A stretch of 64,000 bases of DNA from Bugula neritina (Eukaryota; Animalia; Bryozoa), in the NCBI GenBank assembly GCA_964035545.1, contig OZ037771.1, positions 10,172,480-10,236,479 on the forward strand. The letters run 5' to 3'. Made by a program: the position numbers and the translations under genes. Positions 16,001 to 33,947 of the stretch are shown in pieces; positions within the stretch are counted from its first letter, which is position 1, and each line of letters opens with the position of its first letter. The notes beneath the pieces were generated by a model. That model had not been told where the DNA came from. It saw only the letters and a list, made by a program, of their open reading frames with translations, and searched no databases.

Positions 16001-19000
16001 CACTGAAAAATACTGCAACATACTGAAATACACTGTTACATGCCAAAATAAACTGCAACATACTGCAACATACTGAAATACACTCTAACATACTCAAATA
16101 CACTGCAACATTCTGCAACATATTGAAATATACTGCAACACACTGAAATATACTGCAACACACTGAAATATACTGCAAAATACTGAAATATACTTCAACA
16201 TACTGCAACATACTGAAAGACACTACAACTCACTGAAGTATAGTGCAATATACAGAAATGTACTCTAACATACTGATATTTATTGTTACACACTGAAATA
16301 TACTACAACATACTGAAATACACTGTAACATACCGAAATAAGCTGCAACATACTGCAACATACTGAAATACACTGTAACATGATGAAGTACACTGCAACA
16401 CATTGAAATACACTGCAACAAACTGAAATATACTGCAACATACTGAAATGTACTGCAACATACTGAAATACATTGCAACATATCGAAGTATATCGTAATA
16501 AACGGACATCTACTGAAACATACTGAAACACACTGAAACATACTGAAACATACTGAAACATACTGAAACATACTGAAATACACTGCAACAAACTGCAACA
16601 TACTGAAACATACTGTAACATGATGAAAAACACTGCAACACATTGAAATATACTGCAACAAACTGAAATATACTGCAACATACTGAAACCTACTGCAACA
16701 TACTGAAACTAATTGCAACATATCGAAGTATATCGTAAAATACGGACATGTACTGTAACATACTGAAACACACTGAAACATACTGAAACATACTGAAACA
16801 TACTGAAACATACTGAGATACACTGCAACATACTGCAACATACTGAAATACACTGTAACATGATGAAATACACTGCAACACATTGAAATATACTGCAACA
16901 AACTGAAATATACTGCAACATACTGAAACGTGCTGCAACATACTGAAATACATTGCAATATGTCGAAGTATATCGTAATATACGGACATGTACTGTAACA
17001 TACTGAAACACACTGAAACATACTGAAACATACTGAAATATACTGAAATATACTGAAATACACTGTAACACATTGAAAAATACTGCAACATACTGAAGGA
17101 CACTTCAACTCACTGAAGTATAGTGTAATATACAGAAATGTACTGTAACATACTGATATTTACTGTAACACACTGAAATATACTGCAACATACTGAAATA
17201 CACTGTAACATACCGAAATAAACTGCAACATAATGCAACATACTGAATTACACTGTAACATACTAAAATACACTGCAACATTCTGCAACATACTTCAACG
17301 TACTGAAAGACACTGTAACATAATGAAATACACTGCAACACATTAAAATATACCGCAACAGACTGGAATATACTGCAACACATCTAAGTACATCGTAATA
17401 TACGGACATGTACTGTAACATACTGGAACATACTGAAACATACTGCAACATTCTGAAGTACACTGCAAAATATTGAAATACACCGCAACAAACTGCAACA
17501 TACTGAAGTACACTGTACATATTGAAAAACACTGCAACACACTGAAATATACTGCAAAATACTAAATTATACTTCAACATACTGCAACATACTGAAAGAC
17601 ACTACAACTCACTGAAGTATAGTGCAATATACAGAAATGTACTCTAACATACTGATATTTAATGTTACACACTGAAATATACTACAACATACTGAAATAC
17701 ACTGTAACATACCGAAATAAGCTGCAACATACTGCAACATACTGAAATACACTGTAACATGATGAAGTACACTGCAACACATTGAAATACACTGCAACAA
17801 ACTGAAATATACTGCATCATACTGAAATGTACTGCAACATACTGAAATACATTGCAACATATCGAAGTATATCGTAATAAACGGACATGTACTGAAACAT
17901 ACTGAAACACACTGAAACATACTGAAACATACTGAATTATACTGAAATACACTGCAACAAACTGCAACATACTGAAACATACTGTAACATGATGAAAAAC
18001 ACTGCAACACATTGAAATATACTGCAACAAACTGAAATATACTGCAACATACTGAAACGTACTGCAACATACTGAAACTAATTGCAACATATCGAAGTAT
18101 ATCGTAAAATACGGACATGTACTGTAACATACTGAAACACACTGAAACATACTGAAACATACTGAAACATACTGAAACATACTGAGATACACTGCAACAT
18201 ACTGCAACATACTGAAATACACTGTAACATGATGAAATACACTGCAACACATTGGAATATACTGCAACAAACTGGAATATACTGCAACATACTGAAACGT
18301 GCTGCAACATACAGAAATACATTGCAATATATCGAAGTATATCGTAATATACGGACATGTACTGCAACATACTGAAACACACTGAAACATACTGAAACAT
18401 ACTGAAATATACTGAAATATACTGAAATACACTGTAACACATTGAAAAATACTGCAACATACTGAAGAACACTTCAACTCACTGAAGTATAGTCTAATGT
18501 ACAGAAATGTACTGTAACATACTGATATTTACTGTAACACACTGAAATATACTGCAACATACTGAAATACACTGTAACATACCGAAATAAACTGCAACAT
18601 AATGCAACATACTGAATTACACTGTAACATACTAAAATACACTGCAACATTCTGCAACATACTTCAACGTACTGAAAGACACTGTAACATAATGAAATAC
18701 ACTGCAACACATTGAAATATACCGCAACAGACTGGAATATACTGCAACACATCCAAGTACATAGTAATATACGGACATGTACTGTAACATACTGGAACAT
18801 ACTGAAACATACAGCAACATTCTGAAGTACACTGTAAAATATTAAAATACACCGCAACAAACTGCAACATATTGAAGTACACTGTACATATTGAAAAACA
18901 CTGCAACACACTGAAATATACTGCAACACACTGAAATATACTGCAAAATACTGAATTATACTTCAACATACTGCAACATACTGAAAGACACTACAACTCA

Positions 19001-22000
19001 CTGAAGCATAGTGCAATATACAGAAATGTATTCTAACATACTGATATTTAATGTTACACACTGAAATATACTACAACATACTGAAATACACTGCAACATA
19101 CCGAAATAAGCTGCAACATACTGCAACATACTGAAATACACTGTAACATGATGTAGTACACTGCAACACATTGAAATATACTGCAACAAACTGAAATATA
19201 CTGCAACATACTGAAATGTACTGCAACATACTGAAATACATGGCAACATATCGAAGTATATCGTAATAAACGGACATGTACTGTAACATACTGAAACACA
19301 CTGAAACATACTGAAACATACTGAAACATACTGAAACATACTGAAATACACTGCAACATACTGCAACATACTGAAACATACTGTAACATTATGAAATACA
19401 CTGCAACACATTGAAATATACTGCAACAAACTGAAATATACTGCAACATACTAAAACGTACTGCAACATACTGAAATACATTGCAACATATCGAAGTATA
19501 TCGTAATATACGGACATGTACTGAAACATACTGAAACATACTGAGATACACTGCAACATACTGCAACATACTGAAATACACTGTAACATGATGAAATACA
19601 CTGCAACACATTGAAATATACTGCAACAAACTGAAATATACTGCAACATACTGAAACGTACTGCAACATACTGAAATACATTGCAACATATCGAAGTATG
19701 TCGTAATATACGGACATGTACTTTAACATACTGAAACACACTGAAACATACTGAAACCTACTGAAATATACTGAAATGTACTGAAATACACTGTAACACA
19801 TTGAAAAATACTGCAACATTCTGCAACATAGTTCAACGTACTGAATACACTGTAACATAATGAATCACACTGCAACATACTGCAACATACTGAAATATAC
19901 TGTAACATACTGAAACATGAGCAATATACTGAAAGATGCCTCAACATACTCAAATACACTGCAAGAAACTGCAACATACGTAAATACACTGTAACATACT
20001 GAAATACACTGAAACATACTGCAACATACTGAAGTACACTGTAAAATATTCAAATACACAGCAACACATTGAAATACACTGCAACACACTGAAATATACT
20101 GCAACATACTGAAATGTACTTCAACATAATGAAAAACACTGCAACATATCAAAGTATATCGTAATACACAGACATGTACTGTAACATACTGAAACATACT
20201 GAAACATACTGAAACATACTGAAATACACTGTAACAAACTGAAATACACTGCAACAAGTTGGAATATACTGCAACATACCCAAGTATATGGTAATATAAT
20301 GAAATATACTGCAAAATACCGCAACATACTGAAAAACACTGTAACAAACTGAAATACGCTGCAACACATTGGAATATACTGCAACATACCCAAATAAATG
20401 GTAACATATTGAAATATACTAAAATACAATGTAACACATTGAAAAATACTGCAAGACACTGAAAGACACTACAACTCACTGAAGTATAGTGTAATATACG
20501 AAAATGTACTGTAACATACTGATATTTACTGCAACACACTGAAAAATACTGCAACATACTGAAATACACTGTTACATGCCAAAATAAACTGCAACATACT
20601 GCAACATACTGAAATACACTCTAACATACTCAAATACACTGCAACATTCTGCAACATATTGATATATACTGCAACACACTGAAATATACTGCAACACACT
20701 GAAATATACTGCAAAATACTGAAATATACTTCAACATACTGCAACATACTGAAAGACACTACAACTCACTGAAGTATAGTGCAATATACAGAAATGTACT
20801 CTAACATACTGATATTTATTGTTACACACTGAAATATACTACAACATACTGAAATACACTGTAACATACCGAAATAAGCTGCAACATACTGCAACATACT
20901 GAAATACACTGTAACATGATGAAGTACACTGCAACACATTGAAATACACTGCAACAAACTGAAATATACTGCAACATACTGAAATGTACTGCAACATACT
21001 GAAATACATTGCAACATATCGAAGTATATCGTAATAAACGGACATGTACTGAAACATACTGAAACACACTGAAACATACTGAAACATACTGAAACATACT
21101 GAAACATACTGAAATACACTGCAACAAACTGCAACATACTGAAACATACTGTAACATGATGAAAAACACTGCAACACATTGAAATATACTGCAACAAACT
21201 GAAATATACTGCAACATACTGAAACCTACTGCAACATACTGAAACTAATTGCAACATATCGAAGTATATCGTAAAATACGGACATGTACTGTAACATACT
21301 GAAACACACTGAAACATACTGAAACATACTGAAACATACTGAAACATACTGAGATACACTGCAACATACTGCAACATACTGAAATACACTGTAACATGAT
21401 GAAATACACTGCAACACATTGAAATATACTGCAACAAACTGAAATATACTGCAACATACTGAAACGTGCTGCAACATACTGAAATACATTGCAATATGTC
21501 GAAGTATATCGTAATATACGGACATGTACTGTAACATACTGAAACACACTGAAACATACTGAAACATACTGAAATATACTGAAATATACTGAAATACACT
21601 GTAACACATTGAAAAATACTGCAACATACTGAAGGACACTTCAACTCACTGAAGTATAGTGTAATATACAGAAATGTACTGTAACATACTGATATTTACT
21701 GTAACACACTGAAATATACTGCAACATACTGAAATACACTGTAACATACCGAAATAAACTGCAACATAATGCAACATACTGAATTACACTGTAACATACT
21801 AAAATACACTGCAACATTCTGCAACATACTTCAACGTACTGAAAGACACTGTAACATAATGAAATACACTGCAACACATTAAAATATACCGCAACAGACT
21901 GGAATATACTGCAACACATCTAAGTACATCGTAATATACGGACATGTACTGTAACATACTGGAACATACTGAAACATACTGCAACATTCTGAAGTACACT

Positions 22001-22140
22001 GCAAAATATTGAAATACACCGCAACAAACTGCAACATACTGAAGTACACTGTACATATTGAAAAACACTGCAACACACTGAAATATACTGCAAAATACTA
22101 AATTATACTTCAACATACTGCAACATACTGAAAGACACTA
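13030..22140 (+). repeat. 4536-bp higher-order repeat, 2 tandem copies
   Basis: ORF-track pairs 13073/17609, 13938/18474, 14462/18998, 15329/19865, 15990/20526 and 17263/21799 are all offset 4536. Shared private variants (GTATAGTCTAATGTACAG, GAAGCATAGT, GAATCACACT) occur in both copies; only a few SNP differences were seen. Confidence 0.93.
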
Positions 22141-22339
22141 CAACTCACTGAAGTATAGTGCAATATACAGAAATGTATTCTATCATACTGATATTTAATG
22201 TTACACACTGAAATATACTACAACATACTGAAATACACTGCAACATATCGAAATAAGCTGCAACATACTGCAACATACTGAAATACACTGTAACATGATG
22301 TAGTACACTGCAACACATTGAAATATACTGCAACAAACT

Positions 22340-25300
22340 GAAATATACTGCAACATACTGAAACGTACTGCAACATACTGAAACCAATTGCAACATATCG
22401 AAGTATATCGTAAAATACGGACACGTACTGTAACATACTGAAACACACTGAAACATACTGAAACATACTGAAACATACTGAAACATACTGAGATACACTG
22501 CAACAAACTGCAACATACTGAAACATACTGTAACATGATGAAATACACTGAAACACATTGAAATATACTGCAACAAACTGAAATATACTGCAACATACTG
22601 AAACGTACTGCAACATACTGAAATTAATTGCAACATATCAAAGTATATCGTAATATACGGACATGTACTGTAACATACTGAAACACACTGAAACATACTG
22701 AAACATACTGAAACATGCTGAAACATACTGTGATACACTGCAACATACTGCAACATACTGAAATACACTGTAACATGATGAAATACACTGCAACACATTG
22801 AAATATACTGCAACAAACTGAAATATACTGCAACATACTGAAACCTGCTGCAACATACGGAAATACATTGCAATATATCGAAGTATGTCGTAATATACGG
22901 ACATGTACTGTAACATACTGAAACACACTGAAACATACTGAAACGTACTGAGATATACTGAAATACACTGTAACACATTGAAAAATACTGCAACATACTG
23001 AAAGACACTTCAACTCACTGAAGTATAGTGTAATGTACGGAAATGTACTGTAACATACTGATATTTACTGTTACACACTGAAATATACTGCAACATACTG
23101 AAATACACTGTAACATACCGAAATAAACTGCAACATAATGCAACATACTGAATTACACTGTAACATACTAAAATACACCGCAACATTCTGCCACATACTG
23201 CAACATACTGAAATACACTGTAACAGGATGAAGTACACTGCAACACATTGAAATACACTGCAACAAACTGAAATATACTGCAACATACTGAAATGTACTG
23301 CAACATACTAAAATACATTGCAACATATCGAAGTATATCGTAATAAACGGACATGTACTGTAACATACTGAAACACACTGAAACATACTGAAACATATTG
23401 AAACATACTGAAACATACTGAAATACACTGCAACATACTGCAACATACAAAAACATACTGTAACATGATGAAATACACTGCAACACATTGAAATATACTG
23501 CAACAAACTGAAAAATACTGCAACATACTGAAACGTACTGCAACGTACTGAAATTAATTGCAACATATCAAAGTATTCCGTAATATACGGACATGTACTG
23601 TAACATACTGAAACACACTGAAACATACTGAAACATACTGAAATATACTGAAATGTACTGGAATACACTGTAACACATTGAAAAATACTGCAACATACTG
23701 AAAGACACTTCAATTCACTGAAGTATAGTGTAATATACGGAAATGTACTGTAACATACTGATAATTACTGCAACACACTGAAATATACTGCAACATACTG
23801 AAATACACTGTAACATACCGAAATAAACTGCAACATAATGCAACATACTGAATTACACTGTAACATTCTGCAACATAGTTCAACGTACTGAATACACTGT
23901 AACATAATGAAATACACTGCAACATAGTGCAACATACTGAAATATACTGTAACATACTGAAACATGAGCAATATACTGAAAGATGCCTCAACATACTCAA
24001 ATACACTGCAAGAAACTGCAACATACGTAAATACACTGTAACATACTGAAATACACTGAAATATACTGCAACATACTGAAACGTACTGCAACATACTGAA
24101 ACTAATTGCAACATATCGAAGTATATCGTAAAATACGGACATGTACTGTAACATACTGAAACACACTGAAACATACTGAAACATACTGAAACATACTGAA
24201 ACATACTGAGATACACTGCAACAAACTGCAACATACTGAAACATACTGTAACATGATGAAATACACTGAAACACATTGAAATATACTGCAACAAACTGAA
24301 ATATACTGCAACATACTGAAACGTACTGCAACATACTGAAATTAATTGCAACATATCAAAGTATATCGTAATATACGGACATGTACTGTAACATACTGAA
24401 ACACACTGAAACATACTGAAACATACTGAAACATGCTGAAACATACTGTGATACACTGCAACATACTGCAACATACTGAAATACACTGTAACATGATGAA
24501 ATACACTGCAACACATTGAAATATACTGCAACAAACTGAAATATACTGCAACATACTGAAACCTGCTGCAACATACTGAAATACATTGCAATATATCGAA
24601 GTATGTCGTAATATACGGACATGTACTGTAACATACTGAAACACACTGAAACATACTGAAACGTACTGAGATATACTGAAATACACTGTAACACATTGAA
24701 AAATACTGCAACATACTGAAAGACACTTCAACTCACTGAAGTATAGTGTAATGTACGGAAATGTACTGTAACATACTGATATTTACTGTTACACACTGAA
24801 ATATACTGCAACATACCGAAATACACTGTAACATACCGAAATAAACTGCAACATAATGCAACATACTGAATTACACTGTAACATACTAAAATACACCGCA
24901 ACATTCTGCCACATACTGCAACATACTGAAATACACTGTAACAGGATGAAGTACACTGCAACACATTGAAATACACTGCAGCAAACTGAAATATACTGCA
25001 ACATACTGAAATGTACTGCAACATACTAAAATACATTGCAACATATCGAAGTATATCGTAATAAACGGACATGTACTGTAACATACTGAAACACACTGAA
25101 ACATACTGAAACATATTGAAACATACTGAAACATACTGAAATACACTGCAACATACTGCAACATACAAAAACATACTGTAACATGATGAAATACACTGCA
25201 ACACATTGAAATATACTGCAACAAACTGAAAAATACTGCAACATACTGAAACGTACTGCAACGTACTGAAATTAATTGCAACATATCAAAGTATACCGTA

Positions 25301-25778
25301 ATATACGGACATGTACTGTAACATACTGAAACACACTGAAACATACTGAAACATACTGAAGTATACTGAAATGTACTGAAATACACTGTAACACATTGAA
25401 AAATACTGCAACATACTGAAAGACACTTCAATTCACTGAAGTATAGTGTAATATACGGAAATGTACTGTAACATACTGATAATTACTGCAACACACTGAA
25501 ATATACTGCAACATACTGAAATACACTGTAACATACCGAAATAAACTGCAACATAATGCAACATACTGAATTACACTGTAACATTCTGCAACATAGTTCA
25601 ACGTACTGAATACACTGCAACATAATGAAATACACTGCAACATACTGCAACATACTGAAATATACTGTAACATACTGAAACATGAGCAATATACTGAAAG
25701 ATGCCTCAACATACTCAAATACACTGCAAGAAACTGCAACATACGTAAATACACTGTAACATACTGAAATACACTGAA
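22340..25778 (+). repeat. 1718-bp higher-order repeat, 2 tandem copies
   Basis: ORF pairs 22624/24342, 23010/24728 and 23168/24886 are offset 1718. Junction at about 24058 (GAAATATACT, matching 22340). Shared variants GCCACATACT, GTAACAGGAT and ACATACAAAAAC. Confidence 0.9.
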
Positions 25779-26015
25779 ACATACTGCAACATACTGAAGT
25801 ACACTGTAAAATATTCAAATACACTGCAACACATTGAAATACACTGTAACATACCGAAATAAACTGCAACATAATGCAACATACTGAATTACACTGTAAC
25901 ATACTAAAATACACTGCAACATTCTGCAACATACTTCAACGTACTGAAAGACACTGTAACATAATGAAATACACTGCAACACATTGAAATATACTGCAAC
26001 AAACTGAAATATACT

Positions 26016-29000
26016 GCAACATACTGAAACGTGCTGCAACATACTGAAATACATTGCAATATGTCGAAGTATATCGTAATATACGGACATGTACTGTAAC
26101 ATACTGAAACACACTGAAACATACTGAAACATACTGAACCATACTGAAACATACTGAGATACACTGCAACATACTGCAACATACTGAAATACACTGTAAC
26201 ATGATGAAATACACTGCAACACATTGAAATATACTGCAACAAACTGAAATAAACTGCAACATACTGAAACGTGCTGCAACATACTGAAATACATTGCAAT
26301 ATGTCGAAGTATATCGTAATATACGGACATGTACTGTAACATACTGAAACACACTGAAACATACTGAAACATACTGAAATATACTGAAATATACTGAAAT
26401 ACACTGTAACACATTGAAAAATACTGCAACATACTGAAGGACACTTCAACTCACTGAAGTATAGTGTAATATACAGAAATGTACTGTAACATACTGATAT
26501 TTACTGTAACACACTGAAATATACTGCAACATACTGAAATACACTGTAACATACCGAAATAAACTGCAACATAATGCAACATACTGAATTACACTGTAAC
26601 ATACTAAAATACACTGCAACATTCTGCAACATACTTCAACGTACTGAAAGACACTGTAACATAATGAAATACACTGCAACACATTAAAATATACCGCAAC
26701 AGACTGGAATATACTGCAACACATCTAAGTACATCGTAATATACGGACATGTACTGTAACATACTGGAACATACTGAAACATACTGCAACATTCTGAAGT
26801 ACACTGCAAAATATTGAAATACACCGCAACAAACTGCAACATACTGAAGTACACTGTACATATTGAAAAACACTGCAACACACTGAAATATACTGCAAAA
26901 TACTGAATTATACTTCAACATACTGCAACATACTGAAAGACACTACAACTCACTGAAGTATAGTGCAATATACAGAAATGTATTCTAACATACTGATATT
27001 TAATGTTACACACTGAAATATACTACAACATACTGAAATACACTGCAACATACCGAAATAAGCTGCAACATACTGCAACATACTGAAATACACTGTAACA
27101 TGATGTAGTACACTGCAACACATTGAAATATACTGCAACAAACTGAAATATACTGCAACATACTGAAACGTACTGCAACATACTGAAACTAATTGCAACA
27201 TATCGAAGTATATCGTAAAATACGGACATGTACTGTAACATACTGAAACACACTGAAACATACTGACACATACTGAAACATACTGAAACATACTGAGATA
27301 CACTGCAACAAACTGCAACATACTGAAACATACTGTAACATGATGAAATACACTGAAACACATTGAAATATACTGCAACAAACTGAAATATACTGCAACA
27401 TACTGAAACGTACTGCAACATACTGAAATTAATTGCAACATATCAAAGTATATCGTAATATACGGACATGTACTGTAACATACTGAAACACACTGAAACA
27501 TACTGAAACATACTGAAACATGCTGAAACATACTGTGATACACTGCAACATACTGCAACATACTGAAATACACTGTAACATGATGAAATACACTGCAACA
27601 CATTGAAATATACTGCAACAAACTGAAATATACTGCAACATACTGAAACCTGCTGCAACATACTGAAATACATTGCAATATATCGAAGTATGTCGTAATA
27701 TACGGACATGTACTGTAACATACTGAAACACACTGAAACATACTGAAACGTACTGAGATATACTGAAATACACTGTAACACATTGAAAAATACTGCAACA
27801 TACTGAAAGACACTTCAACTCACTGAAGTATAGTGTAATGTACGGAAATGTACTGCAACATACTGATATTTACTGTTACACACTGAAATATACTGCAACA
27901 TACTGAAATACACTATAACATACCGAAATAAACTGCAACATAATGCAACATACTGAATTACACTGTAACATACTAAAATACACCGCAACATTCTGCCACA
28001 TACGGCAACATACTGAAATACACTGTAACAGGATGAAGTACACTGCAACACATTGAAATACACTGCAACAAACTGAAATATACTGCAACATACTGAAATG
28101 TACTGCAACATACTAAAATACATTGCAACATATCGAAGTATATCGTAATAAACGGACATGTACTGTAACATACTGAAACACACTGAAACATACTGAAACA
28201 TATTGAAACATACTGAAACATACTGAAATACACTGCAACATACTGCAACATACAAAAACATACTGTAACATGATGAAATACACTGCAACACATTGAAATA
28301 TACTGCAACAAACTGAAAAATACTGCAACATACTGAAACGTACTGCAACGTACTGAAATTAATTGCAACATATCAAAGTATACCGTAATATACGGACATG
28401 TACTGTAACATACTGAAACACACTGAAGCATACTGAAACATACTGAAATATACTGAAATGTACTGAAATACACTGTAACACATTGAAAAATACTGCAACA
28501 TACTGAAAGACACTTCAATTCACTGAAGTATAGTGTAATGTACGGAAATGTACTGTAACATACTGATAATTACTGCAACACACTGAAATATACTGCAACA
28601 TACTGAAATTCACTGTAACATACCGAAATAAACTGCAACATAATGCAACATACTGAATTACACTGTAACATTCTGCAACATAGTTCAACGTACTGAATAC
28701 ACTGTAACATAATGAAATACACTGCAACATACTGCAACATACTGAAATATACTGTAACATACTGAAACATGAGCAATATACTGAAAGATGCCTCAACATA
28801 CTCAAATACACTGCAAGAAACTGCAACATACGTAAATACACTGTAACATACTGAAATACACTGAAACATACTGCAACATACTGAAGTACACTGTAAAATA
28901 TTCAAATACACTGCAACACATTGAAATACACTGTAACATACCGAAATAAACTGCAACATAATGCAACATACTGAATTACACTGTAACATACTAAAATACA

Positions 29001-32000
29001 CTGCAACATTCTGCAACATACTTCAACGTACTGAAAGACACTGTAACATAATGAAATACACTGCAACACATTGAAATATACCGCAACAGACTGGAATATA
29101 CTGCAACACATCCAAGTACATCGTAATATACGGACATGTACTGTAACATACTGGAACATACTGAAACATACTGCAACATTCTGAAGTACACTGTTAAATA
29201 TTGAAATACACTGCAACAAACTGCAACATACTGAAGTACACTGTACATATTGAAAAACACTGCAACACACTGAAATATACTGCAACACACTGAATTATAC
29301 TGCAAAATACTGAATTATACTTCAACATACTGCAATATACTGAAAGACACTACAACTCACTGAAGTATAGTGCAATATACAGAAATGTACTCTAACATAC
29401 TGATATTTAATGTTACACACTGAAATATACTACAACATACTGAAATACACTGCAACATACCGAAATAAGCTGCAACATACTGCAACATACTGAAATACAC
29501 TGTAACATGATGTAGTACACTGCAACACATTGAAATATACTGTAACGAACTGAAATATACTGCAACATACTGAAATGTACTGCAACATACTGAAACGTGC
29601 TGCAACATACTGAAATACATTGCAATATGTCGAAGTATATCGTAATATACGGACATGTACTGTAACATACTGAAACACACTGAAACATACTGAAACATAC
29701 TGAACCATACTGAAACATACTGAGATACACTGCAACATACTGCAACATACTGAAATACACTGTAACATGATGAAATACACTGCAACACATTGAAATATAC
29801 TGCAACAAACTGAAATATACTGCAACATACTGAAACGTGCTGCAACATACTGAAATACATTGCAATATGTCGAAGTATATCGTAATATACGGACATGTAC
29901 TGTAACATACTGAAACACACTGAAACATACTGAAACATACTGAAATATACTGAAATATACTGAAATACACTGTAACACATTGAAAAATACTGCAACATAC
30001 TGAAGGACACTTCAACTCACTGAAGTATAGTGTAATATACAGAAATGTACTGTAACATACTGATATTTACTGTAACACACTGAAATATACTGCAACATAC
30101 TGAAATACACTGTAACATACCGAAACAAACTGCAACATAATGCAACATACTGAATTACATTGTAACATAATAAAATACACTGCAACATTCTGCAACATAC
30201 TTCAACGTACTGAAAGACACTGTAACATAATGAAATACACTGCAACACATTAAAATATACCGCAACAGACTGGAATATACTGCAACACATCTAAGTACAT
30301 CGTAATATACGGACATGTACTGTAACATACTGGAACATACTGAAACATACTGCAACATTCTGAAGTACACTGCAAAATATTGAAATACACCGCAACAAAC
30401 TGCAACATACTGAAGTACACTGTACATATTGAAAAACACTGCAACACACTGAAATATACTGCAAAATACTGAATTATACTTCAACATACTGCAACATACT
30501 GAAAGACACTACAACTCACTGAAGTATAGTGCAATATACAGAAATGTATTCTAACATACTGATATTTAATGTTACACACTGAAATATACTACAACATACT
30601 GAAATACACTGCAACATACCGAAATAAGCTGCAACATACTGCAACATACTGAAATACACTGTAACATGATGTAGTACACTGCAACACATTGAAATATACT
30701 GCAACAAACTGAAATATACTGCAACATACTGAAACGTACTGCAACATACTGAAACTAATTGCAACATATCGAAGTATATCGTAAAATACGGACATGTACT
30801 GTAACATACTGAAACACACTGAAACATACTGAAACATACTGAAACATACTAAAACATACTGAGATACACTGCAACAAACTGCAACATACTGAAACATACT
30901 GTAACATGATGAAATACACTGAAACACATTGAAATATACTGCAACAAACTGAAATATACTGCAACATACTGAAACGTACTGCAACATACTGAAATTAATT
31001 GCAACATATCAAAGTATATCGTAATATACGGACATGTACTGTAACATACTGAAACACACTGAAACATACTGAAACATACTGAAACATGCTGAAGCATACT
31101 GTGATACACTGCAACATACTGCAACATACTGAAATACACTGTAACATGATGAAATACACTGCAACACATTGAAATATACTGCAACAAACTGAAATATACT
31201 GCAACATACTGAAACCTGCTGCAACATACTGAAATACATTGCAATATATCGAAGTATGTCGTAATATACGGACATGTACTGTAACATACTGAAACACACT
31301 GAAACATACTGAAACGTACTGAGATATACAGAAATACACTGTAACACATTGAAAAATACTGCAACATACTGAAAGACACTTCAACTCACTGAAGTATAGT
31401 GTAATGTACGGAAATGTACTGCAACATACTGATATTTACTGTTACACACTGAAATATACTGCAACATACTGAAATACACTGTAACATACCGAAATAAACT
31501 GCAACATAATGCAACATACTGAATTACACTGTAACATACTAAAATACACCGCAACATTCTGCCACATACTGCAACATACTGAAATACACTGTAACAGGAT
31601 GAAGTACACTGCAACACATTGAAATACACTGCAAAAAACTGAAATATACTGCAACATACTGAAATGTACTGCAACATACTAAAATACATTGCAACATATC
31701 GAAGTATATCGTAATAAACGGACATGTACTGTAACATACTGAAACACACTGAAACATACTGAAACATATTGAAACATACTGAAACATACTGAAATACACT
31801 GCAACATACTGCAACATACAAAAACATACTGTAACATGATGAAATACACTGCAACACATTGAAATATACTGCAACAAACTGAAAAATACTGCAACATACT
31901 GAAACGTACTGCAACGTACTGAAATTAATTGCAACATATCAAAGTATACCGTAATATACGGACATGTACTGTAACATACTGAAACACACTGAAACATACT

Positions 32001-33160
32001 GAAACATACTGAAATATACTGAAATGTACTGAAATACACTGTAACACATTGAAAAATACTGCAACATACTGAAAGACACTTCAATTCACTGAAGTATAGT
32101 GTAATATACGGAAATGTACTGTAACATACTGATAATTACTGCAACACACTGAAATATACTGCAACATACTGAAATACACTGTAACATACCGAAATAAACT
32201 GCAACATAATGCAACATACTGAATTACACTGTAACATTCTGCAACATAGTTCAACGTACTGAATACACTGTAACATAATGAAATACACTGCAACATACTG
32301 CAACATACTGAAATATACTGTAACATACTGAAACATGAGCAATATACTGAAAGATGCCTCAACATACTCAAATACACTGCAAGAAACTGCAACATACGTA
32401 AATACACTGTAACATACTGAAATACACTGAAACATACTGCAACATACTGAAGTACACTGTAAAATATTCAAATACACTGCAACACATTGAAATACACTGT
32501 AACATACCGAAATAAACTGCAACATAATGCAACATACTGAATTACACTGTAACATACTAAAATACACTGCATAATTCTGCAACATACTTCAACGTACTGA
32601 AAGACACTGTAACATAATGAAATACACTGCAACACATTGAAATATACCGCAACAGACTGGAATATACTGCAACACATCCAAGTACATCGTAATATACGGA
32701 CATGTACTGTAACATACTGGAACATACTGAAACATACTGCAACATTCTGAAGTACACTGTTAAATATTGAAATACACTGCAACAAACTGCAACATACTGA
32801 AGTACACTGTACATATTGAAAAACACTGCAACACACTGAAATATACTGCAACACACTGAATTATACTGCAAAATACTGAATTATACTTCAACATACTGCA
32901 ATATACTGAAAGACACTACAACTCACTGAAGTATAGTGCAATATACAGAAATGTACTCTAACATACTGATATTTAATGTTACACACTGAAATATACTACA
33001 ACATACTGAAATACACTGCAACATACCGAAATAAGCTGCAACATACTGCAACATACTGAAATACACTGTAACATGATGTAGTACACTGCAACACATTGAA
33101 ATATACTGTAACAAACTGAAATATACTGCAACATACTGAAAGGTACTGCAACATACTGAA
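26016..33160 (+). repeat. 3566-bp higher-order repeat, 2 tandem copies
   Basis: ORF pairs 26446/30012, 27815/31381, 28515/32081, 28902/32468 and 29357/32923 are offset 3566. GAAACGTGCT at 26026 and 29592; private GAACCATACT at 26136 and 29702. Confidence 0.92.
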
Positions 33161-33947
33161 ATACATTGCAACATATCAAAGTATATCGTAATAAACGGAC
33201 ATGTACTGTAACATACTGAAACACACTGAAACATACTGAAACATACTGAAACATACTGAAACATACTGAAACATACTGAAATACACTGTAACAAACTGAA
33301 ATACACTGCAACAGGTTGGAATATACTGCAACATGTCCAAGTATATGGTAATATAATGAAATATACTGCAACATACCGCAACATACTGAAAAACACTGTA
33401 ACAAACTGAAATACGCTGCAACACATTGGAATATACTGCAACATACCCAAATAAATGGTAACATACTGAAATATACTGAAATACAATGTAACACATTAAA
33501 AAATACTGCAACACACTGAAAGACACTACAACTCACTGAAGTATAGTGTAATATACGAAAATGTACTGTAACATACCGATATTTACTGCAACACACTGAA
33601 ATATACTGCAACATACTGAAATACACTGTTACATGCCAAAATAAACTGCAACATACTGCAACATACTGAAATACACTGTAACATACTCAAATACACTGCA
33701 ACATTCTGCAACATATTGAAATATACTGCAACACACTGAAATATACTGCAACACACTGAAATATACTGCAAAGTACTGAAATATACTTCAACATACTGCA
33801 ACATACTGAAAGACACTACAACTCACTGAAGTATAGTGCAATATACAGAAATGTACTCTAACATACTGATATTTAATGTTACACACTGAAATATACTACA
33901 ACATAGTGAAATACACTGTAACATACCGAAATAAGCTGCAACATACT

